In this document: positions 27,938-37,655 of the stretch, piece after piece
Position numbering within the stretch: the stretch's first letter is position 1
Layout of the letters: every line of letters begins with the position of its first letter
From: an uncultured Gammaproteobacteria bacterium
Lineage (GTDB): Bacteria; Pseudomonadota; Gammaproteobacteria; Xanthomonadales; SZUA-36
Direction of reading: 5' to 3'
Length of the DNA: 64,000 nt
NCBI GenBank assembly: GCA_963704855.1
Contig: CAVPHY010000017.1
Coordinates: 123,292 to 187,291, forward strand
The notes under the pieces: generated by a model
Told to the model about the DNA's origin: nothing
Databases searched by the model: none
What the model saw: only the letters and a program-made list of their open reading frames with translations
Position numbers and translations under genes: made by a program

Positions 27938-29842
27938 TTATCTGCCAAGTTCCAGCACCATGACGGAACGCGCAGGCAGGGTTATGCTGGTTTCAAGCTT
28001 CAGTTCTTCACCACTGATTATATCCAATGCCGATCGGTAACCCTGTAAACGCTCGCTAAAGCGAGAAAGCTCGAGCCGGGTGTCCTCGGCGTTCTTGTTC
28101 AGAACCACCATTACGCTGTCATTGGCATCATACCGGAAATAGACATAGGTTCCTTTCTCGGGTCTGAAGTGCGTCAGCCGGCCTGTATGGATCACCGTTT
28201 TGTCACGTCGCCAGGTTAACAGGTTTTTCAGAAAAGCCTGCGCCTGAAGTTCATGTTCGGTCAGGCCCTTACCGGTAAATCCGTTCTTGCGGTCAGCTTT
28301 CCAACCACCCGGAAAATCACTGCGGATGATGCCGTGGTCTTCGACACCCGGGTTGGACATCAGGATCTCGGTGCCATAATAGATTTGCGGTACACCACGC
28401 ATGGTGAGCACATAGGCCAGCGCCATGCGGAACAGCTCATCATCTTCACCCAGTTGTGTATAAATACGACTCATATCGTGGTTATCCGGGAAGACCACCA
28501 GCGAGGCCGGGGCCGGATAGACAAAGTCGTTGGCCAGCGCGCGGTAAAGGCCAAGCAGGCCGAGTTGACGTAAATCTTCTGTTTGGCTTCCCTCTTCGGA
28601 GACCAGACCCCAACGCAATGCGTTCTGCAATGGAAAATCCATCAGCGTTGGCAGGTGGGAAACATAGCCGTCGCGATTATCGTTACCAGCCTGCCAGTAA
28701 GCGATACCCGAGGGGTTGTCCGTCCATTCTTCACCAACGACGTTGAAGCCGGGGTATTCGAGCATTACACGCCGCGACCATTCGGTCAGGTAAGTCTTGT
28801 CCGGGTAAGGGTAGGTATCCATGCGAATACCGGCCAGGCCCAGGTATTCAACCCACCACAATGCATTCTGGGTCAGGTAATCGGCCAGTAGTGGATTACG
28901 CTGGTTGAGGTCGGGCATGGTTTCAACAAACCAGCCGTCAGAAAACGAACGCCTGTCAGAATCGGCAGCATAAGGGTCCTGTTCGCTGATATGTTCATGC
29001 GAGGTTACCTGCCATTCGTCCTGGTGGTTCAGCCAGTCATCGGTGGGCAGGTCCTGCATCCACCAGTGGGAACTGCCAATATGATTGATGATCATGTCCA
29101 TGATGACACCGATACCCATCGAGCGCGCACTTTGGACCAGTTCGCGATACTCCCCGTTACTGCCATAGCGCTGGTCAACACGGTAAAAGTCGGTAGTTGA
29201 ATAGCCATGATAGGAGTAACTTGGCATCTTGTTTTCGAGCAGCGGGTTCAGCCAGATAGCGGTAAACCCAAGCTCTGAAATGTAATCAAGCCGATTTGCA
29301 ATCCCCTGTATATCACCGCCATGTCGGCCACCAGGGTTTGAACGGTCAACCGTGTCACCCATACCCTCGACATTATCGTTATCCGGATTTCCATTGGCGA
29401 AACGGTCGGGTGTGATCAGGTAAATATTATCTGCAGATGAAAACCCTTTGGTATGTGCTGGATCAGGGTTTTTCTTCAGCAGTTGGTATCGATGGGTTAT
29501 GGCCTTCCCGTCATGCGAGAAAGTGATATCGAATGCGCCAGGTTTTGCTTCAGATCCTATATCAAGATACACGAACAGGTAGTTCGGGCTTTTTACCCGT
29601 GTGACACGCTCGACTCTGACACCGGGATAATTTAGCGCAACATCATACTTCGCGATATTCTCGCCATGCACCATCAATTGCAAGCCGGCTTCCTTGAAGC
29701 CGGTCCACCAGTTTGGTGGCTCAACCCGCAGCGTTGAACCCTCGCCGGACCATGCATGGGTCGACATCAACAAGACAGAAAGGAAACACCAGGTGACAAA
29801 TCGGGGGTAAGCTATTTTGATCATGGATATGATTCTAAACAC
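27938..29842 (-). CDS. GH13 alpha-amylase family enzyme (cyclomaltodextrinase/neopullulanase-like architecture); secreted
   Basis: Signal peptide. GH13 regions GVIMDMIINHIG, GIRMDTYPY, VVGEEW, FPDNHD. Confidence 0.85.
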   Translation of the reverse strand: MFRIISMIKIAYPRFVTWCFLSVLLMSTHAWSGEGSTLRVEPPNWWTGFKEAGLQLMVHGENIAKYDVALNYPGVRVERVTRVKSPNYLFVYLDIGSEAKPGAFDITFSHDGKAITHRYQLLKKNPDPAHTKGFSSADNIYLITPDRFANGNPDNDNVEGMGDTVDRSNPGGRHGGDIQGIANRLDYISELGFTAIWLNPLLENKMPSYSYHGYSTTDFYRVDQRYGSNGEYRELVQSARSMGIGVIMDMIINHIGSSHWWMQDLPTDDWLNHQDEWQVTSHEHISEQDPYAADSDRRSFSDGWFVETMPDLNQRNPLLADYLTQNALWWVEYLGLAGIRMDTYPYPDKTYLTEWSRRVMLEYPGFNVVGEEWTDNPSGIAYWQAGNDNRDGYVSHLPTLMDFPLQNALRWGLVSEEGSQTEDLRQLGLLGLYRALANDFVYPAPASLVVFPDNHDMSRIYTQLGEDDELFRMALAYVLTMRGVPQIYYGTEILMSNPGVEDHGIIRSDFPGGWKADRKNGFTGKGLTEHELQAQAFLKNLLTWRRDKTVIHTGRLTHFRPEKGTYVYFRYDANDSVMVVLNKNAEDTRLELSRFSERLQGYRSALDIISGEELKLETSITLPARSVMVLELGR

Positions 29843-29864
29843 TTATACGTGTGTTTTTGTATTT

Positions 29865-29878
29865 TGCAAACGTATTCA
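29865..29878. promoter_or_regulatory. Candidate LacI-family operator in the divergent GH13/GH97 promoter region
   Basis: tgcaaacgtattca is the reverse complement of the 23282-23295 site. Confidence 0.55.
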
Positions 29879-29964
29879 GGTCGTGATGGGTGGATTAGAC
29901 AGCCCCGCTACTCTACTGTCATCAGCCTATGTCAATTTCCCGGACTCTGCTTTCAGACCAGCCT

Positions 29965-32001
29965 ATGACTTTTATACGCACACTCATCTTCAGTCTGATC
30001 ATGTTGATATTCAGCCAGTCGCTAATGGCACTGGAGTCCGTTTCCTCACCTGACGGCACTATCGTATTCTCCGTTTCAAGCAACGACAAGAACTGGCTGG
30101 TCTACACGGTGACCTTTCATGGTGAAGTGGCAATTGCCGAGTCGCGCCTGGGTTTGCGTTTCAGAGAACAAAAAGGTCTTGATGAGAATTTCGTCATACA
30201 AAAGACGGAAAGGCATATTGTTGACGATACATGGGAGCAACCCTGGGGTGAGCGTCGCCGGGTACGCGATCATCACAGTGAAATGTTCATCCAGCTAATG
30301 GATGACACCGAAAGGCGTCTCGATCTGCGGGTTCGTGTTTTCAATGATGGTGTTGGCTTTCGTTACGAGGTCCCGACCCAGACCGGTTTGGACAAAGTTG
30401 AAATCGTGGAAGAACTGACCGAGTTTCACCTGCCAAAAGAAGCCACGGCATGGTGGATACCCGGACGTGCATACAACCGTTATGAATACCTGTATAGGCA
30501 GACCGGTCTTGATGCCATACAACTGGCGCATACACCAATGACTGTGAGAACACCCACCGGTATGCACCTCAGTCTCCATGAGGCTGCACTGGTCGATTAT
30601 GCCGGTTATGTGCTCGATCACCGTCGTGAAAACGTGTTCCAGACCAATCTCACACCCTGGTCTGATGGAACCAGGGTTAAAACCAGCACCCCATTCAATA
30701 CACCCTGGCGCACCGTGCAGATTTCAAAAGATGCCGTTGGTTTGTTAAATTCCAACCTGATTCTGAATCTCAATGAACCCAATAAGCTTGGAGATGTGTC
30801 ATGGGTTAAACCGGGCAAGTATGTGGGCATCTGGTGGGCCATGCATATACGTGACCGGACCTGGGGCAGTGGGCCTATTCATGGCGCCACTACTGCCGAG
30901 ACCAAGCGCTACATGGATTTTGCCGCAAAATACGGTTTTGACGGTGTACTGGTTGAAGGCTGGAACCTGGGCTGGGACGGCGACTGGTTTTTCAATGGTG
31001 ACCTTTTCAGCTTTACCAAGAGTTATGAAGACTTCAATATTGCTGAAGTATCCGCCTATGGAAAATCCAAAGGTGTGCGTCTGATCGGGCATCATGAGAC
31101 TTCCGGCAATGTCACCAATTATGCGAAGCAGATGACTCCGGCACTGGATTTGTACGAGGAAAACGGTGTCCGCCAGGTCAAGACAGGTTATGTGGCCGAT
31201 GCCTCTGACATCAAGCGTGTCGATGAAAACGGCATCGCACATTATGAGTGGCACGATGGTCAGTTCATGGCAGAACAGTACCTCTTGTCGGTTACAGAAG
31301 CAGCCAAGCGGAAGATCAGTATCATCACGCATGAGCCGATCAAGGATACCGGCCTGCGTCGCACCTACCCCAACTGGATAAGCCGTGAAGGCGCACGTGG
31401 CCAGGAATTCAACGCCTGGGGTGATCCACCCAACCCACCTGAGCACACCGCCATATTGCCCTATACCAGGATGTTGTCCGGGCCAATGGATTTCACACCG
31501 GGAATTTTCAACCTGACATTTCAGGGTATGGATTCGGATCAACGTGTGCAAACGACATTGGCAAAACAATTGGCGCTGTACGTGACCCTTTACAGCCCCG
31601 TTCAGATGGCGGCCGATTTGCCAAAAAACTATGAGGCACGGCCGGATGCATTCCAGTTTATTGTCGATGTTCCGACCGATTGGGAGGAAAGCATTGCGCT
31701 GGCAGGAGAGGTCGGTGACTTTGTCGTATTCGGTCGTAAGGATCGAAACTCGAATGACTGGTATATTGGCGCTGTCACGGATGAACAGGCCAGGAAGGTA
31801 GAGCTGTCTCTGGACTTCCTGGATAAGAATCTAAACTACACGGCCCGGATTTACCGTGATGGGGTCGATGCCCACTGGAAAACAAACCCCTACTCAATTG
31901 CAATTGAGGAAATCAGGGTAAGCAGTGAAAGCACTATCAAGTTAATGTTGGCAGCGGGTGGCGGAGCAGCCATACGTATAAAGGCGGGAGAATCCAGGTG
32001 A
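29965..32001 (+). CDS. GH97 alpha-glucosidase (SusB-like); secreted
   Basis: Likely start is MTFIRTLIFSLIMLIFSQSLMA (signal peptide). SPDG..V..V.., RLGLRF and WWIPG.. are typical GH97 N-terminal patterns. ~680 aa. Confidence 0.8.
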   Translation: MTFIRTLIFSLIMLIFSQSLMALESVSSPDGTIVFSVSSNDKNWLVYTVTFHGEVAIAESRLGLRFREQKGLDENFVIQKTERHIVDDTWEQPWGERRRVRDHHSEMFIQLMDDTERRLDLRVRVFNDGVGFRYEVPTQTGLDKVEIVEELTEFHLPKEATAWWIPGRAYNRYEYLYRQTGLDAIQLAHTPMTVRTPTGMHLSLHEAALVDYAGYVLDHRRENVFQTNLTPWSDGTRVKTSTPFNTPWRTVQISKDAVGLLNSNLILNLNEPNKLGDVSWVKPGKYVGIWWAMHIRDRTWGSGPIHGATTAETKRYMDFAAKYGFDGVLVEGWNLGWDGDWFFNGDLFSFTKSYEDFNIAEVSAYGKSKGVRLIGHHETSGNVTNYAKQMTPALDLYEENGVRQVKTGYVADASDIKRVDENGIAHYEWHDGQFMAEQYLLSVTEAAKRKISIITHEPIKDTGLRRTYPNWISREGARGQEFNAWGDPPNPPEHTAILPYTRMLSGPMDFTPGIFNLTFQGMDSDQRVQTTLAKQLALYVTLYSPVQMAADLPKNYEARPDAFQFIVDVPTDWEESIALAGEVGDFVVFGRKDRNSNDWYIGAVTDEQARKVELSLDFLDKNLNYTARIYRDGVDAHWKTNPYSIAIEEIRVSSESTIKLMLAAGGGAAIRIKAGESR

Positions 32002-33491
32002 GACAAAAACCACAACTTGGCTTCTGGCAGATCTGGAACATGTGTTTTGGGTTCCTTGGTATACAGTTTGGATTTGCCCTGCAAAATGCCAACGTCAGCC
32101 GAATTTTCCAGACCCTGGGTGCGGAGATCGATGAGCTGCCAATACTTTGGGTGGCCGCGCCCTTGACCGGACTGATCGTGCAGCCGATCGTCGGTTATTT
32201 CAGCGATCGCACCTGGAATCGACTCGGCCGTCGTCGCCCCTATTTTCTGGGCGGCGCTATCGTCGCCTCGCTGGCATTGCTGGTTATGCCCAACTCACCT
32301 TACCTCTGGGTTGCGGCCGGCATGCTCTGGATCATGGATGCCAGTATCAACATCTCGATGGAACCGTTTCGCGCATTTGTCGGTGACAACCTGCCCAAAA
32401 GTCAGCGTACACTGGGTTTTGCCATGCAGAGCTTTTTCATCGGCACCGGCGCCATCGTGGCCTCTGCACTGCCCTGGATCCTGGCCAACTGGTTTGATGT
32501 CAGTAATACGGCGGCTGCCGGCCAGATCCCGGACAGCGTCAAATGGTCATTTTATGCTGGCGGCGCAGTTTTTATGCTGGCTGTCAGCTACACCGTGTTT
32601 TCCAGCAAGGAGTACTCACCCGATGAAATTGCAGCGTTTGAAGAAGCCGAGGAAAAGACCGGAGACCCGGATTCGAATAAGCCGCGCGCCGCTGGACAAT
32701 ATCACAAGGGTGGTATCGGCTGGCTGATAGCCGGCGCTGCCTTGTGTAGTTGGATAATCGCACAGGGCCTGGATAAACAACTGTATATCCTGGCCATTGG
32801 TGCGATGGTATTTGGTGTTATCCAGGTTGTGGCTGGAAGGATGCAATCGAAACAGAATGTGGACAATGGCCTTTACCATATTGTCGATGACCTGTTTCAC
32901 ATGCCGCGGGTCATGAAACAACTGGCGCTGGTACAACTGTTTTCCTGGTTTGCCCTGTTTGCGATGTGGATTTACACGACGGCGGCAGTGACCAGTTACC
33001 ACTTTGGTTCCACTGATGTCACCAGCCAGGCCTACAATGATGGCGCCAACTGGGTGGGTGTGTTGTTTGCATCCTACAATGGCTTTGCCGCTATCGCGGC
33101 GTTGTTCATTCCGCTGCTGGCACGCCGTCTGGGCTGCCGACTGAGTCACCTGGTTAACTTATCCGTCGGTGGTATCAGCCTGATCAGCTTTATGCTGATC
33201 AAGGATCCGGACTGGTTGATTCTGCCGATGATCGGTGTCGGCATCGCATGGGCCTCCATTCTGTCCCTGCCCTATGCCCTGTTATCTGATGTGCTGCCAA
33301 CGGCGAAAATGGGTGTTTACATGGGCATCTTCAATTTCTTTATCGTCATACCACAGTTGATCGCTGCCTCTGTGCTTGGCCTGTTGCTGCGGGAGTTTTT
33401 CAACGGCCAGGGAATTTATGGCCTGGTTATAGGTGGTGTGATGATGATACTGGCCGGATTTGTCTACCTTGTTGGTAGACAAACACGCTGA
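31998..33491 (+). CDS. MFS sugar:cation symporter (SLC45/GPH-like), paralogue 2
   Basis: The GTG start overlaps the GH97 stop (GTGA). LGFWQIWNMCFGFLGIQFGFALQNANVSRIF. RLGRRRPYFLGG. 12 TM. Confidence 0.85.
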   Translation: MRQKPQLGFWQIWNMCFGFLGIQFGFALQNANVSRIFQTLGAEIDELPILWVAAPLTGLIVQPIVGYFSDRTWNRLGRRRPYFLGGAIVASLALLVMPNSPYLWVAAGMLWIMDASINISMEPFRAFVGDNLPKSQRTLGFAMQSFFIGTGAIVASALPWILANWFDVSNTAAAGQIPDSVKWSFYAGGAVFMLAVSYTVFSSKEYSPDEIAAFEEAEEKTGDPDSNKPRAAGQYHKGGIGWLIAGAALCSWIIAQGLDKQLYILAIGAMVFGVIQVVAGRMQSKQNVDNGLYHIVDDLFHMPRVMKQLALVQLFSWFALFAMWIYTTAAVTSYHFGSTDVTSQAYNDGANWVGVLFASYNGFAAIAALFIPLLARRLGCRLSHLVNLSVGGISLISFMLIKDPDWLILPMIGVGIAWASILSLPYALLSDVLPTAKMGVYMGIFNFFIVIPQLIAASVLGLLLREFFNGQGIYGLVIGGVMMILAGFVYLVGRQTR

Positions 33492-33519
33492 ACCCGACCT
33501 GGCAAATTAGGAGAATTGC

Positions 33520-34899
33520 GTGATCAATCAATTTTCAAAACTCACAATAACCTGGCTGTTGCTCACATCCCTTTTCGGCATGAAGGCATATTCAGAAGAG
33601 GTTCTTATGCCTGTGCCCTATATTCAAATAAATCACCCCGAATGGAGTCGCAACGCGGTTATTTACCAGATCAACACACGCCAGTTCACAGCCGAAGGCT
33701 CCTTCGAGGCCGCCACTGGCCAGTTACCGCGGTTGAAGAAGCTGGGTGTCGATATCCTGTGGTTAATGCCGATACAGGAAATCGGCAAAAAGAACCGCAA
33801 GGGCAAGCTTGGCAGCCCGTATTCCATTCGTGATTACTACAGTGTCAACAGTGAGTTTGGTGACCTGGACAGCCTCAGGAAGTTTATCGACAGCGCCCAT
33901 GAACTGGGTATGTATGTGATCCTCGATTGGGTGGCCAATCACACCGCCTGGGATAACCCGATGCTGGAGTCACACCCCGAGTGGTACCAGCGCGATTGGA
34001 AAGGCGATTTTCACTCACCACGATGGACGGACTGGTCTGATGTGATCACGCTTGATTACAGGCAACCTGGTTTACGCCGTTACATGACCGATGCCATGAA
34101 ATACTGGGTGGAAGAAGTGGGAATGGATGGTTTTCGTTGCGATGTGGCAGGGTTTGTACCGGTTGATTTCTGGAATACTGTACGTGCTGAGCTGGATGCC
34201 ATTCGCCCTGTATTCATGCTGGCTGAGTGGGAGAGCCGCGATCTTCATGCCCACGCATTTGATGCAAGCTATGCCTGGAGTTGGCACGACACGATTCACG
34301 ATATTGCAAGAGGCAAATCGGATGCCGGCGCCTTGAACGGGTTTCACTATACCGATGAAAATGCCTGGCCCAAAGACGCCATGCGGTTGCTGTTTACCAG
34401 CAATCATGACAAGAACGCCTGGGAAGGAACACAATTTGAAACGTTTGGTCCGGCACTGGAGAACGCCATCGTGTTGTCATTTGTCAGCCGTGGAATTCCG
34501 ATGATCTACAACGGCCAGGAGGCCGGCAACGGCAAACGCCTGGCGTTTTTTGACAAGGACCCCATCGAATGGCAACCCCATCCATTGTCAGACCTGTTCC
34601 AGAAGCTGATCAAACTCCGAAAAGGCAACAATGCACTCTGGAATGGTCGCTGGGGTGCGGACATGGTCCAGGTGGTCAATAGTTCGCCTGCGGAAATTTT
34701 CAGTTTTGTCCGCGCCAATGACAGGGACAAGGTATTTGCCGTGTTCAATTTCTCCAATAACAAACATAGCGTGTCGTTCTCAGGCACGTTGTACCACGAT
34801 GAATACCGGGACTTTTCCAGCGGGCAAGAACTGTTGCTGGGTGCTGACAGCAGACTTGAACTGGAGCCCTGGAGCTACCGGGTTTTCACTCGACAATAA
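33520..34899 (+). CDS. GH13 alpha-amylase; secreted
   Basis: GTG start and signal peptide. VILDWVANHTA, GFRCDVAGFVP, MLAEWE, FTSNHD. Confidence 0.85.
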   Translation: MINQFSKLTITWLLLTSLFGMKAYSEEVLMPVPYIQINHPEWSRNAVIYQINTRQFTAEGSFEAATGQLPRLKKLGVDILWLMPIQEIGKKNRKGKLGSPYSIRDYYSVNSEFGDLDSLRKFIDSAHELGMYVILDWVANHTAWDNPMLESHPEWYQRDWKGDFHSPRWTDWSDVITLDYRQPGLRRYMTDAMKYWVEEVGMDGFRCDVAGFVPVDFWNTVRAELDAIRPVFMLAEWESRDLHAHAFDASYAWSWHDTIHDIARGKSDAGALNGFHYTDENAWPKDAMRLLFTSNHDKNAWEGTQFETFGPALENAIVLSFVSRGIPMIYNGQEAGNGKRLAFFDKDPIEWQPHPLSDLFQKLIKLRKGNNALWNGRWGADMVQVVNSSPAEIFSFVRANDRDKVFAVFNFSNNKHSVSFSGTLYHDEYRDFSSGQELLLGADSRLELEPWSYRVFTRQ

Positions 34900-34959
34900 G
34901 ACCAAAACACATGAACGATGCGATCCGGTCTTTGGCCGGACCAGGGAAAGAACAACCAA

Positions 34960-36519
34960 ATGAATGACACCATGAAAGTAAACCGGGATTCATACCTCCA
35001 GAAAATGGGACGCCAGGCCGGTGTCTCAATGCATATCACTTCCCTTCCCGGGCCACATGGCATTGGCGACATCGCAGATTGTGCGACAGTGTTTCTTGAT
35101 CAACTGGTGCAGATGGACCTGGGTGTCTGGCAGATATTGCCTTCAGGCCCGACCGCCTATGGAGACTCACCTTATCAGCCATTGTCAGCGTTTGCCGGAA
35201 ATCCGATGTTTATCGGTCTTGACCCCCTGGTTCGTGCCGGATTGCTGAAGCGTTCCGAGCTCGCACCAATCGAAGCATTACCGCGTGACCATGTCGATTA
35301 TGGACATTTAATACCTGTCAAACAGGGTTTACTGGATATGGCAGCTGAACGGTTTGCAAGCAAGCCGGGGGCGGGTATGGCCACAAGCTTCACCGAATTC
35401 AAGCAACGTTATGGTAAGCGCTGGCTGGATGACTATGCCATGTTCCGGGTTCTGAAGACTCAACATGGCGAACGTCCATGGCCCGAGTGGGATGCGGCGT
35501 TTGTACACAGGGAGGCGACGGCGTTAGACAGGCTGAGGCAGGACCATCAGGCAGACCTGGAAAAAATCAAGATTATACAGTTCCTGTTCGACCACCAATG
35601 GAACCAGTTCAAGACGCGTGCACAGGATCGTGGAATCTGCCTGTTTGGCGATATGCCAATCTATATTGCCCTTGACAGTTCAGACGCCTGGGCACACCCA
35701 CAGCGTCTGTTATTGAACGAAGACGGCCAGCCATCATCTGTCGCAGGTGTTCCACCGGACTATTTCAGCGAGGACGGCCAGCTATGGGGCAACCCGCTGT
35801 ATGACTGGGATTACCACAGGCAGACCGGTTATCGTTGGTGGATTGAACGTATCCAGCACGCGACCAACCAGACACCATTGGTTCGTATAGACCACTTCAG
35901 GGGCTTTGAATCTTACTGGTCTATACCCTATGGCGCAGCAACCGCACGTGATGGCCAGTGGGAGAAAGGGCCCGGTGACGGTCTGTTTGATGCAATGCGC
36001 GGGGTAATGGGTGATCTGCCTATTGTTGCCGAGGACCTCGGTGTCATCACACCGGCGGTTGATCAGCTACGCGAGAATCATAATCTCCCCGGCATGGTGG
36101 TTTTACAGTTCGAGGTTGGCAATCCCGATTTCGATATAAGCACCGTTGAAGAAAACAGCGTCTGTTATACCGGCACACACGACAACGACACAACGCTGGG
36201 CTGGTTCATTGGCAACGGTGACGACACACGTTCTGAAGAGGAAATCCACACCCAGCAGAGCAACACCCTCAAACAGACGGGCGGCTCAGCTGAAACCCTT
36301 GCGAATGACATGATTGGCCTGGCATTCTCCAGTCGAGCCACGCTTGCAGTCGCGCCAATGCAGGACTACCTGGGATTAGGTTCAAAAGCCCGTCTGAACA
36401 CGCCGGGCACCACGCAGAACAACTGGCGCTGGCGTGCACTTGCAGAGCAGCTGGACATCAATTTGACGGAGTCGGTTCAAAAGCTGGTGCAAGAGGCAAA
36501 ACGCAGCAAGCGTGGATAG
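34960..36519 (+). CDS. malQ: 4-alpha-glucanotransferase (amylomaltase, GH77)
   Basis: AGVSMHITSLPGPHGIGDI, GDMPIYIALDSSDAW, RIDHFRGF, VCYTGTHDN. The ORF-track start is 34918; the internal ATG at 34960 is more plausible. Confidence 0.9.
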   Translation: MNDTMKVNRDSYLQKMGRQAGVSMHITSLPGPHGIGDIADCATVFLDQLVQMDLGVWQILPSGPTAYGDSPYQPLSAFAGNPMFIGLDPLVRAGLLKRSELAPIEALPRDHVDYGHLIPVKQGLLDMAAERFASKPGAGMATSFTEFKQRYGKRWLDDYAMFRVLKTQHGERPWPEWDAAFVHREATALDRLRQDHQADLEKIKIIQFLFDHQWNQFKTRAQDRGICLFGDMPIYIALDSSDAWAHPQRLLLNEDGQPSSVAGVPPDYFSEDGQLWGNPLYDWDYHRQTGYRWWIERIQHATNQTPLVRIDHFRGFESYWSIPYGAATARDGQWEKGPGDGLFDAMRGVMGDLPIVAEDLGVITPAVDQLRENHNLPGMVVLQFEVGNPDFDISTVEENSVCYTGTHDNDTTLGWFIGNGDDTRSEEEIHTQQSNTLKQTGGSAETLANDMIGLAFSSRATLAVAPMQDYLGLGSKARLNTPGTTQNNWRWRALAEQLDINLTESVQKLVQEAKRSKRG

Positions 36520-36532
36520 ATTAAAGCCGGCC

Positions 36533-36554
36533 AGGGTGGTGATATGACCACCTT
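36533..36554. terminator. Weak hairpin between convergent malQ and glk
   Basis: agggtggt-gatatg-accacctt, followed by tgtt. The stem includes one G-U pair. Confidence 0.35.
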
Positions 36555-36619
36555 TGTTAAACCGGATAGCGGTATGAAATTTGCCGGTCCTGGTTCTCTT
36601 TACTCCAATGGGTCGTCCA

Positions 36620-37618
36620 TTAATCAGCCAATTCGACAGCTGGCTTCAGGAAGAGCTCACGGGCGCAATAGCTGGCGCCCAGCAGACCGGGTTGCGGATG
36701 CTGGATCAGTAATGTGGGAACCTTTTCCATCAGGGTGCGATGGCGCCCTTTGTTTTCAAACCCGGCGCGGAAATCGCTGGCATTGAGCAGGTCCGGATAA
36801 CGTTTTACGATGCCACCAGCCAGGTAGACACCATCATAGGCGCCCAGCGCCAGCGCGAGGTTGCCGGCGATCTGCCCGAGCACCTCGAAAAACAGGGCAG
36901 TTGCCTCCACCGCAATCGCATCCTCTTTGGCCAGTACACGTGAAAATATTTCGGCGGCACTGATCGTCTCGGTAGATTCACCGCGAATACTGCACAAGGC
37001 CCAGTAGATGTTTTCAAGCCCGGGACCGGATATCAGCCGCTCGTTCGAAACACGGTCAAATCGCGCACGTAGGTGCTCCAATACCTTCATCTGCATGCGC
37101 GTTTCCGGTGCGAAACCTGCGTGGCTGCCTTCGCCTACGACCGGGTAAATACCGCTCTCGCGAACCAGCAATCCACCGGCACCCAGGCCGGTGCCCGGGC
37201 CCAGCACAGCGAATGTGGCCTGTCTTTTCTCAACCGGCTTTGCGGGTAGAAGTCCGATGCTGGAAACATCATTTTCAGCGAGCAACGGAATGGAAAAGGC
37301 GATCGATTCAAAATCATTCAGTAAACGAACGGCGGGTGTGCGAAATTTTTCCCGCAGTAGCCGGCCGTCAATTACCCAATGATTGTTGCTGAAGCGCACA
37401 CGCTCATCCACAACCGGTCCGGCTGCGGCCAGGCAAATGAGGTAGGGCTTGCCGCTTCCACTGCGCCCGAGGTAATCCTCGACTCCCTGTTCCGCTGTTT
37501 CGTAATCGGCGCAGGCCAGTGTCATTTCGTTGTAGAAACCGGGCTCATCGGGTCTGGCCAAAGCGAAACGCGCGTTGGTACCACCGATGTCACCGATCAG
37601 CAGGCAGGGCTCAGTCAT
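36620..37618 (-). CDS. glk: Glucokinase
   Basis: LLIGDIGGTNARFALA N-terminus. 332 aa. ROK-unrelated Glk family pattern GPGTGLG. Confidence 0.88.
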   Translation of the reverse strand: MTEPCLLIGDIGGTNARFALARPDEPGFYNEMTLACADYETAEQGVEDYLGRSGSGKPYLICLAAAGPVVDERVRFSNNHWVIDGRLLREKFRTPAVRLLNDFESIAFSIPLLAENDVSSIGLLPAKPVEKRQATFAVLGPGTGLGAGGLLVRESGIYPVVGEGSHAGFAPETRMQMKVLEHLRARFDRVSNERLISGPGLENIYWALCSIRGESTETISAAEIFSRVLAKEDAIAVEATALFFEVLGQIAGNLALALGAYDGVYLAGGIVKRYPDLLNASDFRAGFENKGRHRTLMEKVPTLLIQHPQPGLLGASYCARELFLKPAVELAD

Positions 37619-37655
37619 CCATGTTCACCATTTGTACAGTAGCCGATGAAAATCG

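Noticed and set aside
29843-29864. Second operator-like sequence cttatacgtgtgtt next to the 29865-29878 site
   Set aside because: Only ~8 of 14 positions match the shared motif. This is too weak to call without a PWM or binding data.
30799-31569. 256-aa minus-strand ORF inside GH97. Similar cases: 49518-50327 opposite patatin, 59898-60740 opposite UxaE, 5675-6439 and 3978-4607.
   Set aside because: All are antisense or out-of-frame relative to genes with strong family signatures. None has a plausible RBS or domain pattern.
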